DNA of 18,236 nucleotides from a virus (Duplodnaviria; Heunggongvirae; Uroviricota; Caudoviricetes): IMG/VR virus record IMGVR_UViG_2695420732_000030, positions 1 to 18,236 of that record; one strand, 5' to 3'. Shown piece by piece: positions 14,969 to 18,236 of this stretch (position 1 is its first letter; each line of letters starts with the position of its first letter). The notes under the pieces were generated by a model. It saw only the letters and a program-made list of their open reading frames with translations, ran no database searches and was not told where the DNA came from. The position numbers and the translations under genes were made by a program.

Positions 14969-15568
14969 ATGGCGCATATACAACTGGTCAAACAAACCTC
15001 TTCCGGATTACTTCTCCCGGCGACGCCGGAGAGTTGCGATTTTTTGCATCAAATCAAAATAGGTGAGTGGATACACGCGGACTTTAAGCGAGTGCGTAAC
15101 TACGCGTTCCACAAGCGTTTTTTCAAACTCCTGCAACTGGGATTCGATTACTGGACTCCGAACGGTGGGGCGATCACGCCTCGCGAACGAGAACTGGTGT
15201 CCGGTTTCGTTGATTTCCTGTGCGAATCAGTAGGTCGGGAACATACGCCAGCCCTGAGTGATGCCGCAGAGCAATACCTTAACACCGTTACGACTTGCAG
15301 AACCCGGGATACGGCCTTACTCAAGTCCTTTGACGCTTTTCGCGAATGGGTAACCATTCAGGCCGGATTTTACACCGAACATTTTTATCCGGACGGTAGT
15401 CGTGGGCGCAGGGCAAAATCTATCGCATTTGCGAACATGGACGAAACCGAGTTTCAGCAGGTTTATAAATCTGTACTGAATGTGCTGTGGAACTGGATCC
15501 TGTTCCGTAAATTTTCCTCTCCGGAGGAAGTCGAAAATGTGGCCGCGCAGTTACTGGAGTTTGCGTAA
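14969..15568 (+). CDS. DUF1367-like phage protein, 199 aa
   Basis: ATG 14969 with GGAG SD at 6 nt (track start 14957 is a TTG); stop overlaps the next ATG (TAATG); nin-region position upstream of Q. Confidence 0.6.
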   Translation: MAHIQLVKQTSSGLLLPATPESCDFLHQIKIGEWIHADFKRVRNYAFHKRFFKLLQLGFDYWTPNGGAITPRERELVSGFVDFLCESVGREHTPALSDAAEQYLNTVTTCRTRDTALLKSFDAFREWVTIQAGFYTEHFYPDGSRGRRAKSIAFANMDETEFQQVYKSVLNVLWNWILFRKFSSPEEVENVAAQLLEFA

Positions 15569-15858
15569 TGGTGGATTTACGTAAAGCGGCGCGGGGGCAG
15601 ATGTGCACAGTCAGAATTCCTGGCTACTGCAATCACAATCCCGAAACTTCTGTGCTGGCGCATTACAGGCTGGCGGGGACGTGCGGAACAGCGACAAAAC
15701 CACACGATATGCAGGCGGCGATTGCCTGTAACTCATGCCACGATTTAATCGACGGGAGAGTAAAAACCAGCGATTACACCAAAGAAGAATTGCGCCTGAT
15801 GCATGCAGAAGGTGTTTTTCGCACACAAGAGATCTGGAGAAAGGACGGTTATTTATGA
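15568..15858 (+). CDS. DUF1364 / YbcO-like putative zinc-binding nuclease, 96 aa
   Basis: 96 aa with Cys/His clusters (CTVRIPGYCNH...CNSCHD); position immediately upstream of Q as for DLP12 ybcO; overlapping start and stop codons on both sides. Confidence 0.6.
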   Translation: MVDLRKAARGQMCTVRIPGYCNHNPETSVLAHYRLAGTCGTATKPHDMQAAIACNSCHDLIDGRVKTSDYTKEELRLMHAEGVFRTQEIWRKDGYL

Positions 15859-16409
15859 TTTACCCAACGAACACAGGAAAAAGCGGAGAGCACCTTCGTC
15901 TCACCACGCTGGAAAGTGTCTGGATTCAGGGGAAACTACGTATGTGGGGGCGCTGGTCGTATATTGGCGGCGGTAAGACGGGAAATATGTTCAACCAGTT
16001 GCTGACCTCTAAAAAGCTGACAAAAACGGCAATTAACGAGGCGCTCCGGAGGATGAAAAAAGCAGGTCTGGACAAACCTAAACTTGAGGCTTTTTTGCGG
16101 GATATGATCAACGGCAAGCAAAAAAGCTGGCTGGTGCATTGTACCGATTCAGAGGCGTTAATAATCGACAGGGTTATTGGTGAAGTACTGGCAGGTTATC
16201 CCGGGCTGCTCAATGTTCTGAGTCAGCGTTATGTGGGGCGGGGGATGACTAAGCGCAAAATGGCTGAACTGCTGAATGATGCACATCCGGAATGGAGTTT
16301 AAGAACCTGTGAAAGACGCATTGAGCATTGGCTAAAGGTGGCAGAATTTATTTTGTACAAACCAATGGTTATGGCTTTTGGTATAGAGAAAAAAGTTATT
16401 GCTTTTTGA
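15855..16409 (+). CDS. Putative late-gene antiterminator Q-like protein, 184 aa
   Basis: Last gene before a terminator and the tRNA cluster, as in Stx-type lambdoid phages; ATG 15855 overlaps the upstream stop; track ORF 15735 start rejected because it overlaps the previous CDS. Confidence 0.5.
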   Translation: MIYPTNTGKSGEHLRLTTLESVWIQGKLRMWGRWSYIGGGKTGNMFNQLLTSKKLTKTAINEALRRMKKAGLDKPKLEAFLRDMINGKQKSWLVHCTDSEALIIDRVIGEVLAGYPGLLNVLSQRYVGRGMTKRKMAELLNDAHPEWSLRTCERRIEHWLKVAEFILYKPMVMAFGIEKKVIAF

Positions 16410-16485
16410 CGTAAAAACTGCTTCAATTCCGGTAAGCTTCGCAAAGCTGTATCGCGAGGCGAACCAAACGCATGAACTTTACCAG

Positions 16486-16510
16486 AACCCGCCATTGAGC
16501 GGGTTTTTTA
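16486..16510 (+). terminator. Intrinsic terminator (AACCCGC-CATTGA-GCGGGTT then TTTTTT), tR'-like position downstream of Q
   Basis: Stem 16487-16492/16499-16504 and T-run read directly. Confidence 0.7.
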
Positions 16511-16548
16511 TTGCGGAATTAATTACGGACCGTTATTATTCTGCTCCC

Positions 16549-16624
16549 GGCCCTTTAGCTCAGTGGTGAGAGCGAGCGACTCATAATCGCCAGGTCGCTG
16601 GTTCAAATCCAGCAAGGGCCACCA
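16549..16624 (+). tRNA. ileZ: tRNA-Ile2 (anticodon CAU, lysidine type; could be annotated Met), ileZ-like
   Basis: Hand-folded cloverleaf: acceptor GGCCCTT/AAGGGCC, D-arm GCTC..GAGC, anticodon loop CTCATAA, T-arm GCTGG-TTCAAAT-CCAGC, encoded CCA; closely resembles E. coli ileX as recalled. Confidence 0.8.
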
Positions 16625-16633
16625 TATCACATA

Positions 16634-16710
16634 CCGCCATTAGCTCATCGGGACAGAGCGCCAGCCTTCGAAGCTGGCTGTGCGGGGTTCAAGTCCCCGA
16701 TGGCAGTCCA
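16634..16710 (+). tRNA. argN: tRNA-Arg (anticodon UCG as read), argN-like
   Basis: Anticodon stem CCAGC/GCTGG with loop CTTCGAA; T-arm CGGGG-TTCAAGT-CCCCG; encoded CCA; one C-A mismatch at acceptor pair 2-71. Confidence 0.7.
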
Positions 16711-16723
16711 TTATCAGCATCAT

Positions 16724-16800
16724 GCGTTGTTAGCTCAGCCGGACAGAGCAATTGCCTTCTAAGCAATCGGTCACTGGTTCGAATCCAGTACAACGCGCCA
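16724..16800 (+). tRNA. argO: tRNA-Arg (anticodon UCU, reads AGA), argO-like
   Basis: Acceptor GCGTTGT/ACAACGC, anticodon stem ATTGC/GCAAT with loop CTTCTAA, T-arm ACTGG-TTCGAAT-CCAGT, encoded CCA. Confidence 0.8.
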
Positions 16801-17077
16801 CACCACACTTATCTGCCCTGACTCTCTTTTGCGGGCTTTTTATTACAGGAAAGACACCGGACAGTGAAATGTTAAATGCCTCACAATTCAGGTAGTTGAC
16901 TGTTGCCTGACATGCTGAGCGTTTGTTAAAAAAATCCTGCATGATGAATCCCCCTGGGCGGCGGGGCATAATGACAGATGTTTGGTTGCGTATTGTATAG
17001 GCAAGTTGCGGATTCTGTCTGGTCATTGCAGAATTCACCGGGAGGCACCCGGCATCATGCTGTATACAGAGATTAGG

Positions 17078-17102
17078 CATATATCCAGGCTCCTCATCGC
17101 AG
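17078..17102 (+). terminator. Intrinsic terminator, plus strand (GGCTCCT-CATCGC-AGGAGCC then TTTTT)
   Basis: Perfect 7-bp stem and T-run read directly. Confidence 0.65.
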
Positions 17103-17107
17103 GAGCC

Positions 17108-17133
17108 TTTTTACATGCAAAAAAAGCCCGAGT
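17108..17133 (-). terminator. Intrinsic terminator, minus strand (GCCCGA-N6-TCGGGC preceded by A7 on plus)
   Basis: Convergent with the 17078-17102 terminator; no obvious minus-strand gene upstream of it within the window. Confidence 0.45.
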
Positions 17134-17203
17134 AGGTTCGGGCAACAGCATGAGATACTTGCATTGTCATTTTTATCGTGTGGATTTTAACCAGGGTTTA
17201 TAA

Positions 17204-17228
17204 GGCTGCGCAACTGCGCGGCCTTTTT
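17204..17228 (+). terminator. Intrinsic terminator, plus strand (GGCTGCGC-AACT-GCGCGGCC then TTTTT)
   Basis: 8-bp stem including one G-U pair, then T-run; ~100 nt upstream of the nanS-like start. Confidence 0.6.
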
Positions 17229-17330
17229 CGTATTGCGGGCTGTAGTCTTCCTTCTGTCATTGTCCTGTAACTTCCGGACTTCAGCCCGCCCCTTATCTGA
17301 CTCACAACATTATCCCGGCCGGGAGGATTC

Positions 17331-18236
17331 ATGGCATTTAAACACTACGATGTGGTCAGGGCGGTGTCGCCGTCAGACCTTGCTGATGCACTTGCTCAAA
17401 AAATTCGTGAAGGATGGCAACCATACGGCGGGCCGTTTTCTTCGTATACGGATGATGGCGCAGCACTTATTCAGGCGATTGTCGCAGAAGGTGATGTGAG
17501 CACACCTGTTGTGGTGAAGCCGTCGGATGGAGAAGGCACAGTAATCAGCGCCACCAGAGACCCGGAGTATTACTTTGTTGTGGTTCTGGCGGGGCAGTCA
17601 AACAGCATGGCATATGGTGAAGGCCTTCCGCTGCCGGAGACATATGACCGTCCGGACCTGCGCATTAAGCAGCTGGCGCGTCGCAGTACGGTGACACCGG
17701 GCGGTGTCGCCTGTAAATATAACGACATCATTCCGGCGGACCATTGTCTGCATGATGTGCAGGACATGAGCCGCCTTAACCATCCGAAAGCGGACCTGTC
17801 AAAGGGGCAGTACGGAACCGTGGGGCAGGGGCTGCATATCGCCAAAAAACTGCTGCCGTTTATACCGGCGAATGCGGGCATTCTGCTGGTTCCGTGCTGT
17901 CGTGGTGGTTCAGCGTTCACCACCGGAGCTGATGGCACATACAGTGACGCGAGTGGTGCCTCGGAGAATTCAACCCGCTGGGGTGTGGACAAGCCGCTGT
18001 ATAAGGACCTTATCGGTCGAACAAAAGCAGCACTGAAGAAGAACCCGAAAAATGTGCTGTTTGCCGTGGTGTGGATGCAGGGGGAATTTGATTTTGGCGG
18101 TACGCCGGCAAATCACGCAGCACAGTTTGGTGCGCTGGTTGATAAATTCCGTGCAGACCTGGCGGATATGGCAGGTCAGTGCGTCGGTGGCTCTGCTGGC
18201 GGTGTTCCCTGGATATGTGGAGATACGACGTATTTC
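17331..18236 (+). CDS. nanS: Prophage sialate O-acetylesterase NanS-p-like (SGNH/SASA hydrolase), 3'-truncated at window end (302 codons present)
   Basis: Not in ORF track because no stop falls in the window. ATG 17331 with GGGAGG SD at 5 nt; hand translation MAFKHYDVVRAVSPSDLADALAQKIREGWQPYGG...VVLAGQSNSMAYGEG... contains the GQSN catalytic-serine motif of SGNH/SASA esterases. Confidence 0.7.
   Translation, partial: MAFKHYDVVRAVSPSDLADALAQKIREGWQPYGGPFSSYTDDGAALIQAIVAEGDVSTPVVVKPSDGEGTVISATRDPEYYFVVVLAGQSNSMAYGEGLPLPETYDRPDLRIKQLARRSTVTPGGVACKYNDIIPADHCLHDVQDMSRLNHPKADLSKGQYGTVGQGLHIAKKLLPFIPANAGILLVPCCRGGSAFTTGADGTYSDASGASENSTRWGVDKPLYKDLIGRTKAALKKNPKNVLFAVVWMQGEFDFGGTPANHAAQFGALVDKFRADLADMAGQCVGGSAGGVPWICGDTTYF

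Noticed and set aside
15148-16495. Minus-strand ORFs 15148..15357, 15420..15608, 15611..15826, 15926..16117, 15936..16139 and 16229..16495
   Set aside because: All antisense to the DUF1367, DUF1364 and Q-like genes; no ribosome-binding sites.
16730-17080. 116-aa minus ORF
   Set aside because: Overlaps the argO-like tRNA gene and intergenic terminators.
16801-17330. Possible stx toxin genes downstream of the tRNAs
   Set aside because: Only ~530 bp lie between the last tRNA and nanS-p, with no ORF of suitable size or SD; stxA alone would need ~950 bp.
16982-17499. Plus ORFs 16982..17203 and 17233..17499
   Set aside because: The first spans two intrinsic terminators; the second is out of frame with the SD-supported nanS-like start at 17331.
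17570-17992. Minus ORFs 17570..17992 and 17598..17783
   Set aside because: Antisense to the nanS-like CDS, which carries the GQSN SGNH esterase motif.

Overview
This window reads as the early/left arm through the late-control region of a Rac-like lambdoid prophage of an Enterobacterium (E. coli-like). All calls rest on reading the sequence and on recalled protein families; no database search was run. Minus strand, 1-6301: integrase, excisionase, ydaC-like, ralR, recT, recE, racC, ydaE, kilR. Positions 6302-7300: a variable locus where K-12 Rac carries sieB, here holding two mutually antisense ORFs with their own promoter and terminators. Positions 7303-8553: immunity switch (HTH repressor divergent from a Cro-like gene and a ydaT-like gene). 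Plus strand, 8631-13894: replication genes (O-like with embedded palindromic repeats, DnaC-like loader) followed by a block of translationally coupled small cargo genes. Positions 13891-14610: two tiny hydrophobic peptides, a perfect 22-bp palindrome and a Hok/Gef-type toxin locus. Positions 14736-16510: DUF1367-like, DUF1364-like and Q-like antiterminator genes with a downstream terminator. Positions 16549-16800: three tRNAs (Ile-CAU, Arg-UCG, Arg-UCU). The last ~530 bp before a 3'-truncated NanS-p-like esterase gene (17331-18236) are too short to hold stx. No CRISPR array, IS element or rRNA was seen. The attachment site lies outside the window, beyond the integrase 3' end.
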